A stretch of 64,000 nt of DNA from Azolla caroliniana (GCA_043228905.1 JBHGNT010000017.1:62001-126000), one strand, 5' to 3'. Counted from the first letter of the stretch, positions 38,501 to 51,965 are shown. Made by a program: numbers and translations. Notes: generated by a model from the sequence alone, not told the origin.

Positions 38501-41500
38501 GTTAGCTTCGATTCGCATGTTTGAACAGAAAAATCCGATATCACACGAGCCAGGTATGAACATTTTAATTTACTAACGCGCTTTTCTCCACTACCTCCTC
38601 AAATTTGCTAATTTCGTCATCTCTCTGGACTTGAGTTTCAAATTCTTGTTTTTTTAATTCCATATCATTGCAAGCATTGTTAGCTTCGATTCGCATGTTT
38701 GAACACAGAAATCCAATATCACACGAGCCAGGTATGAACATTTTAATTTACCTACTAGCTCTTCTAAATTCCCTCCTTAAATTTGCTAATTTCGTCATGT
38801 CTCTCGACCTTAGTTTCAAAATCTTAATTTTTTAATTCCATATAATAGCAAGCGTTGTCTACTTCGATTCGCATGTTTGAACACAAAAATTATATATCAT
38901 ATGAGCCATGTATGAACATTTTAATTTACCTATTAGCTCTTGTCAACTCCCTTCTCAAATTTGTTAATTTCTTCATGTCTCTCGATCTGAGTTTCAGAAT
39001 CTTGATTTTTTAATTCCATATCAGGACTAGCGTTGTTAGCTTCGATTCAAATGTTTGAACAGAAAAATCCGATATCACACGAGCCAGGTATGAACATTTT
39101 AATTTACGAACGCGCTCTTCTCCACTACCTCCTCAAATTTGCTAATTTCGTCATGTCTCTCGACCTGAGTTTCAAAATCATGATTTTTTAATTCCCGTAT
39201 CATAGCAAGTGTTGTTAGCTTCGATTCGCATGTTTGAACACAAAAATCCAATATCACACGAGCCAGGTATGAACATTTTAATTTACCTACTAGCTCTTGT
39301 CAACCCCCTCCTCAAATTTGCTAATTTCTTCATTTCTCTCGACCTGAGTTTCAACATATTAATTTTTTAATTCTATATCTTAGATATCGTTGTTACCTTC
39401 GATTAGCATGTTTGAACACAAAAATACAATATCGCACGAGCCAGGTATGAACATTGTAATTTGCTCACAGGCTCTACTCAACTCCCTGCTCAAATTTGCT
39501 AATTTCTTCATGTCTTTCGACCTGAGTTTTAAAATCATGATTTTTTAATTCCATATCAGAACGAGCGTTTTTAGCTTCGATTCGAATGTTTGAACACAAA
39601 AATCAGATATCATATGAGCCATGTATGAACATTTTAATTTACCTACTAGCTCTTGTCAACTCCCTCCTCAAATTTGTTAATTTCTTCATGTCTTTTGTTC
39701 TGAGTTTCAGAATCTTGATTTTTTAATTCCATATCAGAACTAGCGTTGTTAGCTTCGATTCGAATGTTTGAACACAAAAATGCGATATCATACGAGCCAG
39801 GTATAAACATTTTAATCTACGTACTAGATCTTTTCAACCCCCTCCTCAAATTTGTGAATTTCTTCATGTCTTTCGACCTAAGTTTTAAAATCTTGATTTT
39901 TTAATTCCATATCTGAACGAGCGTTTTTAGCTTCTATTGGAATGTTTGAACACAAAAATCAGATATCCTATGAGCCATGTATGAACATTTTAATTTACCT
40001 ACTAGCTCTTGTCAACTCCCTCCTCAAATTTGTTAATTTCTTCATGTCTCTCGACCTGAGTTTCGAAATCTTGATTTTTTAATTCCATATTAGAGCTAGT
40101 GTTATTAGCTTCCATTCGCATGTTTGAACACAAAAATCCGATATCACACGAGCCAGGAATGAATATTTTCAATTACAAACGGGCTCTTGTCTACGACCTT
40201 CTATATCATAGCTAGCTTTGTTAGCTTCGATTCGCATGTTTGAACAGAAAAATCCGATATCACACGAGCCAGGTATGAACATTTTAATTTACTAACGCGC
40301 TTTTCTCCACTACCTCCTCAAATTTGCTAATTTCGTCATCTCTCTGGACTTGAGTTTCAAATTCTTGTTTTTTTAATTCCATATCATTGCAAGCATTGTT
40401 AGCTTCGATTCGCATGTTTGAACACAGAAATCCAATATCACACGAGCCAGGTATGAACATTTTAATTTACCTACTAGCTCTTCTAAATTCCCTCCTTAAA
40501 TTTGCTAATTTCGTCATGTCTCTCGACCTTAGTTTCAAAATCTTAATTTTTTAATTCCATATAATAGCAAGCGTTGTCTACTTCGATTCGCATGTTTGAA
40601 CACAAAAATCAGATATCATATGAGCCATGTATGAACATTTTAATTTACCTATTAGCTCTTGTCAACTCCCTTCTCAAATTTGTTAATTTCTTCATGTCTC
40701 TCGATCTGAGTTTCAGAATCTTGATTTTTTAATTCCATATCAGGACTAGCGTTGTTAGCTTCGATTCAAATGTTTGAACACAAAAATCCGATATCATTGG
40801 AGCCAGGTATGAACATTTTAATTTACCTACTAGCTCTTGTCAACTCCCTCCTCAAATTTGTTAATTTCTTCATGTCTCTCGACCTGAGTTTCAAAATCTT
40901 GATTTTTTAATTCCATATTAGAGCTAGTGTTATTAGCTTCGATTCGCATGTTTGAACACAAAAATCCGATATCACACGAGCAAGGAATGAATATTTTCAA
41001 TTACTAACGGGCTCTTGTCTACGACCTTCTATATCATAGCTAGCTTTGTTAGCTTCGATTCGCATGTTTGAACAGAAAAATCCAATGTCACACGAGCCAG
41101 GTATGAAGATTTTAATTTACTAACGCGCTCTTCTCCAGTACCTCCTCAAATTTGCTAATTTCGTCATCTCTCTGGACTTGAGTTTCAAATTCTTGTTTTT
41201 TTAATTCCATATCATAGCAAGCGTTGTTAGCTTCGATTCGCATGTTTGAACACAGAAATCCAGTATCACACGAGCCAGGTGTGAACATTTTAATTTACCT
41301 ACTAGCTCTTCTAAACTCCCTCCTTAAATTTGCTAATTTCTTCATTTCTCTCGACCTGAGTATCAAAATCTTGATTTTTTAATTCCATATCAGAGCTAGC
41401 GTTGTTAGCTTCGATTCGCATGTTTGAACACAAAAATATGATATCACATGAGCCAAGTATGAACATTTTAATTTACCTACTAGTTCTTGTCAACCCCCTC

Positions 41501-44500
41501 CTCAAATTTGCTAATTTCTTCATGTCTCTCGACCTGAGTTTCAAAATCTTGATTTTTTAATTCTATATCATAGATAGCGTTGTTACCTTCGATTCGCATG
41601 TTTGAACACAAAAATCAGATATCACACAAGCCAGGTATGAACATTTTAATTTACTAGCGCGCTCTTCTCGACTACCTCCACAGATTTGCTAATTTCGTCA
41701 TGTCTCTCGACCTTAGTTTTAAAATCTTGATATTTTAATTCTATATCATAGCAAGCGTTGTCTGCTTCGATTCGCATGTTTGAACAGAAAAATCCGATAT
41801 CACACGAGCCAGGTATGAACATTTTAATTTACCTACTAGCTCTTGTCAACTGCCTCCTCAAATTTGCTAATTTTTTCATGTCTCTCGATCTGAGTTTGAA
41901 AATATTTATTTTTGAATTGTATATCATAGCTAGCGTTGTTAGCTTCGATTGGCATGTTTGAACAGAGAAATCCGATATCGCACGAGCGAGCTATGAACAT
42001 TTTAATTTGGCCACTAGCTCTTGTCAACTCCCTCCTTAAATTTGCTAATTTCTTCATGTCTCTCGACTTGAGTTTCAAAATCTTGATTTTTTAATTCCAT
42101 ATTAGAGCTAGTGTTATTAGGTTCGATTCGCATGTTTGAACACAAAAGTCCGATATCACACGAGCCAGGAATGAATATTTTCAATTACTAACACGCTCTT
42201 CTAAACCCCCTCCTCAAATTTGCTAATTTCTTCATGTCTCTCGAGCTAAGTTTAAAAATCTTGATTTTTTAATTCCATATTCGAGCTAGTGTTATTAGGT
42301 TCGATTCGCATGTTTGAACACAAAAATCCGATATCACACGAGCTAGGAATGAATATTTTCAATTACTAACGGGCTCTTGTCTACGACCTTCTATATCATA
42401 GCTAGGTTTGTTAGCTTCGATTCGCATGTTCGAACACAAAAATCCGATATCACACGAGCCAGGTATGAAAATTTTAATTTACTAACGCGCTCTTCTGCAC
42501 TACCTCCTCAAATTTGCTAATTTCGTCATGTCTCTGGACTTGAGTTTCAAAATCTTGATTTTTTAATTCCATATCATAGCAAGCGTTGTTAGCTTCGATT
42601 GGCATGTTTGAACAGAGAAATCCGATATCGCACGAGCGAGCTATGAACATTTTAATTTGGTCACTAGCTCTTGTCAACTCCCTCCTTAAATTTGCTAATT
42701 TCTTCATGTCTCTCGACTTGAGTTTCAAAATCTTGATTTTTTAATTCCATATTAGAGCTAGTGTTATTAGGTTCGATTCGCATGTTTGAACACAAAAGTC
42801 CGATATCACACGAGCCAGGAATGAATATTTTCAATTACTAACACGCTCTTCTAAACCCCCTCCTCAAATTTGCTAATTTCTTCATGTCTCTCGAGCTAAG
42901 TTTAAAAATCTTGATTTTTTAATTCCATATTCGAGCTAGTGTTATTAGGTTCGATTCGCATGTTTGAACACAAAAATCCGATATCACACGAGCTAGGAAT
43001 GAATATTTTCAATTACTAACGGGCTCTTGTCTACGACCTTCTATATCATAGCTAGGTTTGTTAGCTTCGATTCGCATGTTCGAACACAAAAATCCGATAT
43101 CACACGAGCCAGGTATGAAAATTTTAATTTACTAATGCGCTCTTCTGCACTACCTCCTCAAATTTGCTAGTTTCGTCATGTCTCTGGACTTGAGTTTCAA
43201 AATCTTGATTTTTTAATTCCATATCATAGCAAGCGTTGTTAGCTTCGATTCGCATGTTTGAACACAGAAATCCAATATCACACGAGCCAGGTATCAACAT
43301 TTTAATTTACCTACTAGCTCTTCTAAACTCCCTCCTTAAATTTGCTAATTTCTTCATGTCTCTCGACCTGAGTTTCAGAATCTTGATTTTTTAATTCCAT
43401 ATCAACCCCCTCCTCAAATTTACTAACGCGCTCTTCTCCACTGCCTCCTCAAATTTGCTAACTTCGTCATGTCTCTGGACTTGAGTTTCAAAATCTTGAT
43501 TTTTTAATTCCATATCAATGCAAGCGTTGTTAGCTTCGATTCGCATGTTTGAACACAAAAATGTAATATCACACGAGCCAGGTATGAACATTTTAATTTA
43601 CCTACTAGCTCTTCCCAACTCACTCCTCAAATTTGGTAATTTCGTCATGTCTCTCGACCTGAGTTTCAAAATCTTCATTTTTTAATTCCATATCATAGCT
43701 AGCGTTGTTAGCTTCGATTCGCATGTTTGAACACAAAATTCTGATATCACGCTCCCCAGGTATGACCATTTTAATTTACCTACTAGCTCTTCCCAACTCA
43801 CTCCTAAAATTTGGTAATTTCGTCATGTCTCTCGACCTGAGTTTCAAAATCTTGATTTTTTAATTCTATATCATAGCAAGCGTTGTCTGCTTCGATTCGC
43901 ATGTTTGAATACAAAAATCCGATATCACACGAGCCAGGTATGAAACTTTTAATTTACCTACTAGCTCTTGTCAACCCCCTCCTCAAATTTGCTAATTTCT
44001 TCATGTCTTTTGACCTGAGTTTCAAAATCTTGATTTTTTAATTCTATATCATAGATAGCGTTGTTACCTTCGATTCGCATGTTTGAACACAAAAATCAGA
44101 TATCACACGAGCCAGGTATGAACATTTTAATTTACTAGCGCACTGCTCTCGACTACCTCCTCAAATATGATAATTTCGTCATGTCTCTCGACCTTAGTTT
44201 CAAAATCTTGATTTTTTAATTCTATATCATAGCAAGCGATGTCTGCTTCGATTCGCATGTTTGAACACAAAAATCCGATATCACACGAGCCAGTTATGAA
44301 AATTTTAATTTACTAACGCGCTCTTCTCCACTACCTCCTCAAATTTGCTAATTTCGTCATGTCTCTGGACTTGAGTTTCAAAATCTTGATTTTTTAATTC
44401 CATATCATAGCAAGCATTGTTAGCTTCGATTCGCATGTTTGAACACAGAAATCCAATATCACACGAGCCAGGTATCAACATCTTAATTTACCTACTAGCT

Positions 44501-46662
44501 CTTCTAAACTCCCTCCTTAAATTTGCTAATTTCTTCATTTCTCTCGACCTGAGTTTCAGAATCTTGATTTTTTAATTCCATATCAACCCCCTCCTCAAAT
44601 TTACTAACGCGCTCTTCTCCACTGCCTCCTCAAATTTGCTAACTTCGTCATGTCTCTGGACTTGAGTTTCAAAATCTTGATTTTTTAATTCCATATCAAT
44701 GCAAGCGTTGTTAGCTTCGATTCGCATGTTTGAACACGAAAATGTAATATCACACGAGCCAGGTATGAACATTTTAATTTACCTACTAGCTCTTGTCAAC
44801 CCCCTCCTCAAATTTGCTAATTTCTTCATGTCTTTTGACCTGAGTTTCAAAATCTTGATTTTTTAATTCTATATCATAGATAGCGTTGTTACCTTCGATT
44901 CGCATGTTTGAACACAAAAATCAGATATCACACGAGCCAGGTATGAACATTTTAATTTACTAGCGCACTGTTCTCGACTACCTCCTCAAATATGCTAATT
45001 TCGTCATGTCTCTCGACCTTAGTTTCAAAATCTTGATTTTTTAATTCTATATCATAGCAAGCGTTGTCTGCTTCGATTCGCATGTTTGAATACAAAAATC
45101 CGATATCACACGAGCCAGGTATGAAACTTTTAATTTACCTACTAGCTCTTGTCAACCCCCTCCTCAAATTTGCTAATTTCTTCATGTCTTTTGACCTGAG
45201 TTTCAAAATCTTGATTTTTTAATTCTATATCATAGATAGCGTTGTTACCTTCGATTCGCATGTTTGAACACAAAAATCAGATATCACACGAGCCAGGTAT
45301 GAACATTTTAATTTACTAGCGCACTGCTCTCGACTACCTCCTCAAATATGATAATTTCGTCATGTCTCTCGACCTTAGTTTCAAAATCTTGATTTTTTAA
45401 TTCTATATCATAGCAAGCGTTGTCTGCTTCGATTCGCATGTTTGAACACAAAAATCCGATATCACAGAGCCAGGTATGAACATTTTAATTTACCTACTAG
45501 CTCTTGTCAACTCCCTCCTCAAATTTGCTAATTTCTTTATGTCTCTTGACCTGAGTTTGAAAATATTTATTTTTGAATTCTATATCATAGCTAGCGTTGT
45601 TAGCTTCGATTGGCATGTTTGAACAGAAAAATCCGATATCGCACAAGCGAGGTATGAACATTTTAATTTGCTCACTGGTTCTACTCAACTCCCTCCTCAA
45701 ATTTGCTAGTTTCTTTATGTCTCTCGACTTGAGTTTCAAAATCTTGATTTTTGAATTCCATATTAGAGCTAGTGTTATTAGGTTCGATTCGCATGTTTGA
45801 ACACAAAAATCTGATATCACACGAGCCAGGAATGAATATTTTCAATTACTAACGGGCTCTTGTCTACGACCTTCTATATCATAGCTAGGTTTGTTAGCTT
45901 CGATTCGCAAGTTTGAACACAAAAATCCGATATCACACGAGCCAAGTATGAAAATTTTAATTTACTAACGCGCTCTTCTAAACTCCCTCCTCAAATTTGC
46001 TAATTTCTTCATGTTTCTCGACTTGAGTTTGAAAATCTTGATTTTTTAATTCTATATCATAGCTAGCTTTGTTAGCTTTGATTCGCATTTTTGAACACAA
46101 AAATCCGATATCACACGAGCCAAGTATGAACATTTTAATTTACTAACGCGCTCTTCTCCACTACCTCCTCAAATTTGCTAATTTCGTCATGTCTGTAGAC
46201 CTGAGTTTCAAAATCTTGATTTTTTAATTCCATATCATAGCAAGCGTTGTTAGCTTCGATTCGCATGTTTGAACACAGAAATCCGATATCACACGAGCCA
46301 GGTATGAACATTGTAATTTACTAACGCGCTCTTCTCCACTACCTCCTCAAATTTGCTAATTTCGTCATGTCTCTCGACCTGAGTTTCAAAATCATTTTTT
46401 AAAATTCTATATTATAGTTAACGTTGTTTGCTTCGATTCGCATATTTGAACATTAAAATCTGATATGACACGAGCCACGTATGAACATTTCGATTTACTC
46501 ACAAGCTATTATCTACTTAAACCCTCATCTGTGCGTTTTACTTTATCTCTCCAGACCTGTCTTTCAAAATTATGATTTTTGAATTCCATATCATAGCTAA
46601 CGTTGTTAGGTTCGATTCGCATGTTTGAACAGAAAAATCCGATATCACACGAGCCAGGTATG
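35568..46662. repeat. 178-bp satellite array, homogenised zone (right part), with 1362-, 1719-, 650- and 1181-bp local duplications
   Basis: Same consensus; offsets 35581/36943, 37341/39060, 41951/42601, 43391/44572. Confidence 0.95.
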
Positions 46663-47330
46663 TGTTGGGAAGTTGACGTTCCTTATGTCCGTCGCTCGGC
46701 CACAACCGAGATTCTTTACATACACAGCAAAACAGGTAATTAAAACGTAACACAAAAGAGGAGAAATGGTGCACAGGAGGTATACGTGGAAAACCCCAAA
46801 AATAGGGGGAAAAACCACGGCAGCCCACAAGCTGCAAACTGTCACTATGCAGAAGTATACAACAGTGAGATCACTGAGGCAACGACCTCGTGCTCTCAGA
46901 TCTTCGCCACAGGCGGCGGTTACAACAGAGGCAGGCAACGACCTCGTCTCTCTTTCTCTCTCTCTCTCTGTACAGTTACGCACTCTGATTTCCTCTTGCA
47001 CCAACGACAGAAAAGATAACAACTAGAATAACTATGTATATAAAACAACAACACACACGTATAACTAAAAGGTTTGCCCTAAGTCATATTTTACTAATAT
47101 GACTTTTCGGCTATTTACAAATGTAGCCTTGATGGGCTCCATCCGGCTCTCCGCAGTCGGGTACTTCTCATCCGGTTCATACCGGGCCTACACCATCCGA
47201 CTCTCCGCAGTCGGGTACTCCTCATCCGGCTTTCCGCAGTCGGGCCTACACCATCCGACTCTCCGCAGTCGAGTTTGTTCATCGGCACTGTTCTTCTCCC
47301 TTCCCATCCGGAGGGACCTGTCTACCAACA
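46663..47330 (-). repeat. 3' LTR of element B (668 bp)
   Basis: tgttgggaag...tctaccaaca; adjacent to the PPT. Confidence 0.95.
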
Positions 47331-47344
47331 AACTCCCCCTTCAC
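47331..47344 (-). other. Polypurine tract overlapping the pol stop codon
   Basis: - strand GTGAAGGGGGAGTT immediately before the 3' LTR; pol TGA at 47341-47343. Confidence 0.9.
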
Positions 47345-50300
47345 TCCGGCATGGGGTGTCTTTCCAGCCCGATCCTCTTCCGGCATGCGTCCAGTTTGTC
47401 GGGTGTCAGCACTTTGGTCAGCATATCTGACCCGTTCTCAGCCGTGTGGATCTTTGCCAATGCGAATTCCTGGTCATCTACCCTTTCCCGGATCCAGTGA
47501 TACCTCCGCTGGATATGCTTCGTCCGGGAATGGTAGGCTGCATTCTTAGCAAGGTGGATGGCACTTTGATTGTCGCAGTAGAGTCGGTATTCCTCTTGCC
47601 GGATACCGAGCTCCCCGATGAAGTCCTTCATCCATAATATTTCCTTGCCGGCTTCCACAGCTGCCATGTACTCCGCCTCTGTGGTTGACAATGCAACCGT
47701 CTTCTGCAGCCTCGACTGCCACGAGACAGCTCCCCCTGCATATGTCATCACATACCCGGATGTAGACCGGCTGGTATCCACATCAGCCGACATGTCCGAA
47801 TCGGTGAAACCGTCCAGTTGAGGTTTTCCGGTGCGGAATCGGAGACACATATTTGAAGTGCCCTTCAAATACCGGAGTATCCACTTGACCGCGTTCCAAT
47901 GCTCCTTGCCGGGGTTGCTCATAACCCGGCTCACCACTCCGACTGCGTATCCAATGTCCGGTCGGGTACAAACCATTGCGTACATCAAGCTCCCGACGGC
48001 AGAGGCATATGGAATCTTCATCATATCTGCCTTCTCTCCTTTTGTCTTCGGGCTTTGCTTGCCGGACAACTTGCAGTTTGCCGGAAGTGTCGATCCGACC
48101 GGTTTTGCATCTGACATGTTGAACCGGTGAAGCACCTTTGTCACATACTTCTCCTGTGACAGCCATAGTTGCTTCACTGACCGGTCCCGAATGATGTGCA
48201 TCCCCAACATCTGTCTTGCCGGACCCAAGTCCTTCATTGAGAAGGTCCGGTTGAGAGCCTTCTTCAGCATCCGTATTTTTCCTTGGTCTCGTCTGACGAT
48301 CAACATGTCATCCACGTACAGGAGGAGTATCAGGAAGTCCCCTCCTTCGAACTTCTTCACAAACACGCAGTGATCGGCCTGCGTCTTGTGGTACCCTTGA
48401 TCGGTCATGAAGGAGTCGAACTTCCGATACCATTGCCGGGGAGCCTGCTTCAGTCCGTACAGGCTCTTCTTCAACCGGCATACCAGGTGCTCCTTCCCTT
48501 TCTCCACAAATCCTTCCGGTTGCTGCATGTAGATCTCCTCTTCGAGGTCGCCGTGAAGGAATGCCATCGTCACGTCCAGCTGCTCTACCTCGAGATCCAT
48601 GCTTGCTGCTATACTCAGCACCGTCCGGATGGAGGTCATCTTTACTACCGGGGCGAATATTTCGTCGAAGTCCACGCCCTTCTTCTGCTGGAACCCCTTC
48701 ACCACGATCCTGGCTTTGTATCTCGGGGGGTTGCCGGCATCTCCCGGTTTCAACTTGAACACCCACTTGTTTCGGAGTGCCCGCTTTCCTTTCGGCAGCT
48801 CCACCAATTCGTACGTATGGTTCTCATGCAGGGAATCCATTTCATCCTGCATGGCACTTAACCATTTTCGGTTGTGGGTGTCTTCCTTCGCTTCTTCGAA
48901 GCTTTCCGGCTCCCCCTCATCGGTTAGCAGGACATGTTCTGCATCCGGAAATCTCCAGGGCGCCCTTCTCTCTCTGAGAGGATATCTACGTCTTCGGACT
49001 TCGGTAATCAGTTCCTCCGTTTGCTCTTCATCCGAATCCGATTCGGGATCTTGACCGGTTCCGGTCTCAGCTTCCTCTACTTCCTCTTCTGCCGGTTCGG
49101 TATCCTCACCGTAACCGGCTGGTTCCTCGAGTGCTAACCGGTCTCTTGCCGGTTGGGTCTGCTCATTGTAGAGTCTATCTTACCGGTCGACTCGGAGTTC
49201 ACTATCTTCTTCTCCGACTCCCAGTCGGCGAGCGTCTTGTCCTCCATGAAGATAATATCTCGACTCCGGAATACCTTCTTGTCAACCGGGTCCCACACTC
49301 GGTAGCCGAACTCATCGTCACCGTAACCGAGGAATATGCATGGCCGGGTCTTTGGATCTAGCTTTCCTCTCCGATCCTTTGCTACATGCACGTACGCAAG
49401 ACACCCGAACACCCTCAGATGCCGGTAGGACACTTCCTTACCGGTCCATACTCTCTGTGGCGTGTCTCCGTCCAAGGGTACTGAGGGTGATCTGTTTATC
49501 ACATATGTCGTCGTCGACAGTGCCTCAGCCCAAAACTTCTTGGGTAGTTTTGCATGCGTTAGCATACTCCGGACCCTCTCCATTATGGTCCGCTTCATCC
49601 TCTCGGCCAGTCCGTTTAGTTCCGGCGTCTTCGGCATGGTAAATTCGAGCCGGATTCCCTTCGAGCGGCAGTACTCCTCGAACTGCCCCCGGTACTCACC
49701 TCCGTTATCTGCTCGAACCGCCTTCAGCTTCCGGCCGGTTTCTCTTTCCACTCTCGCGTGGAGCTCTTTGAAGACGGATAACACCTGATCCTTCGTCTTC
49801 AGCGGTGTGGCCCACAGCTTCCGGCTGTGGTCATCTATGAACGTCACGAAGTACTGCGCTCCGGCATGTGACTTCGTGTCTACTTGATAGACATCCGTAT
49901 GCACCAACTCCAGTGGTGCATTACGTCTCATCGGTGGCCTTGGTCGGAAGGAGGTCCGGTTCTGCTTACCGGCCAGACAATCAGTGCACTTCTCTAAGTG
50001 CACGTTCTTCACTGGAATGAGGTTGTCGTCTCCAAGCCTCTTCATCCCCTTCTCACTCATGTGACATAGCCTCTTGTGCCACAGCTCACCGGCAGTGTCG
50101 GAAGCCACGTTCACTTCTTCCGAACATAACCGGGCATTCATCAGGTACAGAGTGTTTACCTTCCGGGCCCGAGCCACAATCAGGCTCCCTTTGCTGAACT
50201 TCATGACACCGTTCCGGATGCTACCCGTGTAGCCTTCATCATCTAGCCGACCGGCTGATATCAGGTTCAGACGAACTTCCGGAACGTGTCGGACATCTTT

Positions 50301-51401
50301 CAACAGCAACTTGCATCCGGTTGGTGTTGTCAGCCACACGTCTCCTATGCCGACAATTCGGCATGTTCCTTCATTCCCCATCCGGACACAGCCGTGATCA
50401 CCGGCTGAGTAGGATGAGAAGCATTTCCGGTCCGGGGTAAGGTGGAACGACGCTCCGGAGTCTACCACCCAGGTCATCTCATCGCCAGCATGGTTTAGCT
50501 CATTCTCCTCAGTGATGAGCATCAACTCCTCTTCACTTGCCGCAATTGCCGTCGTTCCCTTCCGGTCCAGCCCCCTCCGATCTTTACCGTTCCGATCTGT
50601 ACCGTTCCGGTTCGGGGTTTGCTTCGAATCGGTACAGTCGGTTTCCTTGTCTTTACGGAAATGCCGAAAGTTCTTTTGGAAGTGTCCCGACTTGCCGCAA
50701 TAGAAGCAAGTAGGCCTCCCCCTTGACTTAGATCGTGTCCCCGACTTCTCCCGGTTCTGGGGACTACGGTTTCTATGTCTTCCGCGTTCCGATTCGGTAA
50801 GGAGCGCTTTGGAGTCGGAGCTCGTATCTTTGTCTTTCCAACGAGCCTCCTCATCTAGCAAGCTCGACTTTACTCTTGCTAGGGATAGCCGTTTTCCTTC
50901 CGGCCCGGCGTTGCCCAAAGTAACAACCAACGTCTCCCAGCTATCCGGGAGGGAACCGAGCAGGAGTAGCGCTAGGACCTCATCGGCAAGAGGTACTTCC
51001 AATGACGTTTCCTGGTGAATCAGCCCCTGGAAGGCATTCATATGCTCCGCCATGCTGGAGCCATCTTGGTACCGGAGTCTTACAAGCTTCCGGAATACCG
51101 ACGCCTGATTTACAGCATTTTTGTTCTGGAACATCATGCCGATCTTCTCCCAGAGCTCATGAGCCTTGCTCTCTTCATTGAAGTTGTTGTACAGGCTCAT
51201 GTCGATGAAACACCGTATGTACGCCGTTGTCTTCATGTGCATCACCTCCCATATCGCGGCGTCGATTTTGTCCGGTCTCTTGTCCCCGAACTGAACCGGC
51301 AGCCAGAGGTCTTTAACCACGAGCATGTCCCTCATCTTCGACTTCCACACTGAATAGTTGGAGCCGGTGAGCTTGAACATGCCGCCAAACGATTCGTCCA
51401 T
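47341..51401 (-). pseudogene. gag-pol of element B, split by one frameshift at ~49134-49182 into Gag-PR-IN (51401-49134) and linker-RT-RNase H (~49179-47341)
   Basis: MDESFGGMFKL..., WVVDSGASFH, GELWHKRLCH, ADNGGEY, RT LYGLKQAPRQW and LLYVDDML, RH DSD...TEAEY...CDNQSA. Degenerate sites: zinc knuckle CFYCGKSGHFQKNF, LDVTMAF in place of LDVKTAF. Confidence 0.9.
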
Positions 51402-51417
51402 TTTCTGTGTCGTTTTC

Positions 51418-51429
51418 GCTCTGATACCA
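51418..51429 (-). other. Primer binding site (tRNA-iMet) of element B
   Basis: gctctgatacca, 2 nt from the 5' LTR. Confidence 0.95.
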
Positions 51430-51431
51430 CT

Positions 51432-51965
51432 TGTTGGGAAGTTGACGTTCCTTATGTCCGTCGCTCGGCCACAACCGAGATTCTTTACATACACAGCAAA
51501 ACAGGTAATTAAAACGCAACACAAAAGAGGAGAAATGGTGCACAGGAGGTATACGTGGAAAACCCCAAAAATAGGGGGAAAAACAACGGCAGCCCACAAG
51601 CTGCAAATTGTCACTATGCAGAAGTATACAACAGTGAGATCACTGAGGCAACGACCTCGTGCTCTCAGATCTTCGCCACAGGCGTCGGTTACAACAGAGG
51701 CAGGCAACGACCTCGTCTCTCTTTCTCTTGCACCAACGACAGAAAAGATAACAACTAGAATAACTATGTATATAAAACAACAACACACACGTATAACTAA
51801 AAGGTTTGCCCTAAGTCATATTTTACTAATATGACTTTTCGGCTATTTACAAATGTAGCCTTGATGGGCTCCATCCGGCTCTCCGCAGTCGGGTACTCCT
51901 CAGTCGAGTTTGTTCGTCGGCACTGTTCTTCTCCCTTCCCATCCGGAGGGACCTGTCTACCAACA
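51432..51965 (-). repeat. 5' LTR of element B (534 bp, two internal deletions relative to the 3' LTR)
   Basis: Same termini as 46663-47330; lacks the CT-run/tgtacagttacg block and most U3 tandem units. Confidence 0.95.

Larger units (their letters stand above)
46663..51965 (-). mobile_element. Full-length Ty1/copia LTR retrotransposon 'element B' (5303 bp), probably non-autonomous now
   Basis: Two TG..CA LTRs, 5-bp TSD GTATG (46658-46662 and 51966-51970), PBS, PPT, gag-PR-IN-RT-RH order. Confidence 0.98.

Noticed and set aside
2438-46662. CRISPR-like array
   Set aside because: Contiguous monomers without unique spacers, no cas genes, eukaryotic context
51402-51788. 129-aa hydrophobic N-terminal extension of the 884-aa ORF
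   Set aside because: Reads through LTR and PBS; homology with element A places the start at ATG 51401
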